Shown one piece after another: positions 62,601-64,000 of a stretch of 64,000 nt of DNA. The first letter of the stretch is position 1. Each line of letters starts with the position of its first letter. This DNA is from Hypanus sabinus (taxonomy: Eukaryota): assembly GCF_030144855.1 (NCBI RefSeq), contig NC_082721.1:23312001-23376000 (forward strand), written 5' to 3'. The notes beneath the pieces are model-generated. The model searched no databases and was not told the origin of the DNA. It saw only the letters and a list, made by a program, of their open reading frames with translations. Made by a program: the position numbers and the translations under genes.

Positions 62601-63499
62601 CCATCCTTGTTCTTTTCTCCAGTCAATGCAAAGAAACATACTGCATTCTCAATATTACCTTGAAAATTAATTATCTATCCACAAATATATTTTGAAAGGG
62701 AAACATGGTTTGGCTACTGTAATTATGTTGTTTTCTCAATCACCTATCTGACAGAATTTCCATAATGCAACAGTAGCAACGTAAGCAGCAGAAATAGAAA
62801 CAGAAATGGACAATGTGTCTTATTAATCCTGTCCACCATTTAGTAAAATCATGAATGACCCAGTTCTTAGAGTCCACTTTCTTGTATAGTCCTCCAATTC
62901 CTTTTGGTTGCTGGTCAGGCAACATACGGAGAAAAATGGGAGTCACTCTTTGTTCTGGATGTACAACTGTTCCTCATCACTGAGTGATTTTATTGATGCA
63001 TCTATTCAAAAATGCAACAAAGAAGAGGCGTGCAGCTGTATACAGGAAAAGCATTTTGGAGATTACAGTGGCTTGGATATCTAATTTTAAAAGCAGGTTG
63101 ACACCTGGGTTGACAGTCTCCCTAGCAGTAGTAATTCCATGATTCTGATTTCCATTTATCAGACTTTGTCTTGATTATATGTTTCTCATTTCTTTGAATG
63201 CTCTTATGTAACCCTTTATCTTTGGCTAACATTATACCTGACATGTAATTGTAATGTCTGTTCTCATAATAGAGCATTCTTTCACAAATGTTTGTGTTTG
63301 TTTTTTTTTAACTGCCTTTTATAAGTGCCCTTTGTCAGTAAAATCTAGCCCTAGGGATGGTTAATGATATTTATTTGGACTGCTGAATACATCCTGTTCC
63401 CTCTTTTTTTAAACTATTTAAGGCCTTCCAACCTTGTCTGAATAATGACTGTACATCCTTAAAATTGCGCAGTTTTAAATCTCCCAACCATTTTTCTAG

Positions 63500-63562
63500 G
63501 AGATGTGGCCTGTTTCGGAACAGAAACAGAAAGAATGCATGTACAAAGGAAAATCGCAAGAG
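63500..63562 (+). CDS. SEMA4E: Semaphorin-4 (SEMA4E-like), coding exon 3 (EMWPVSEQKQKECMYKGKSQE); gene continues beyond the window
   Basis: TTTTTCTAG acceptor and GTAC donor, 63 nt, W.VS...K..C..KGKS motif as in SEMA4D/4E. Paralogue call rests on D..PRKTV and linkage to GADD45B. Confidence 0.88.
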
Positions 63563-64000
63563 GTACATTACACAATTGTTAAATACTCAGTTCTAAAAAT
63601 CACAGTTATTGATAATAAAATAAAGCACGGCTGAGAATCAGACAACTGACAAAGGCAGGTTCTTTGAATTGTGTTTAGGTTAATTAAGGATGCTTTTTAA
63701 ACATATTAGAGTTCATAATAATAAAATTTCCACAATCTAATAATTTCCATCAGTTCTGGCTTTATGACAGAAACAGAGCATGTGACCTTTCCTACGTTTA
63801 TTCATCTGGATCAAAATAATGGAAATTTCTTTTGAAAATAGATGTTTCTATCTATGCTCATCTAAGGTATGACTTTAAGCTGCCTTACAGTAATTGGGTT
63901 TCAAGTGTGAAATCAGATGAAGATTTTCAGTTGTCTTTTGCTCTGGCCACCATATTAAAAACTGAAGTGGGAATAGGCTACTTATTCTTAAATATTTCTA

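Overview
Vertebrate nuclear genomic DNA; the repeat landscape (HE1/V-SINEs, SacSINE1-like DeuSINEs, CR1, Rex1/Babar, Penelope) suggests a cartilaginous fish, probably a batoid (inference). Two host genes lie divergently about 54 kb apart. One is a complete 4-exon GADD45B on the minus strand (CDS 4055->3051, 157 aa). The other is the first three coding exons of a class-4 semaphorin, most likely SEMA4E, on the plus strand (58520-63562, continuing beyond the window). Most of the intervening sequence is decayed and nested transposons: CR1 and Rex1/Babar LINEs, two Gypsy elements, at least six solo LTRs with TSDs, a young hAT/Charlie element, SINEs and Penelope-like elements (PLEs). Main points of interest: (i) a series of TSD-flanked fold-back PLE insertions built from a pLTR that carries a minimal hammerhead-ribozyme motif; (ii) the GADD45B-SEMA4E pair, which mirrors the human GADD45G-SEMA4D pair; (iii) a cluster of splice-site-bounded minus-strand segments at 44.5-48.2 kb that may be an unannotated decayed gene; (iv) a one-LTR Gypsy whose other end is an internal gag CA yet carries a TSD. 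Nearly all ORFs in the supplied track are TE fragments or chance ORFs. LINE fragment boundaries are approximate.
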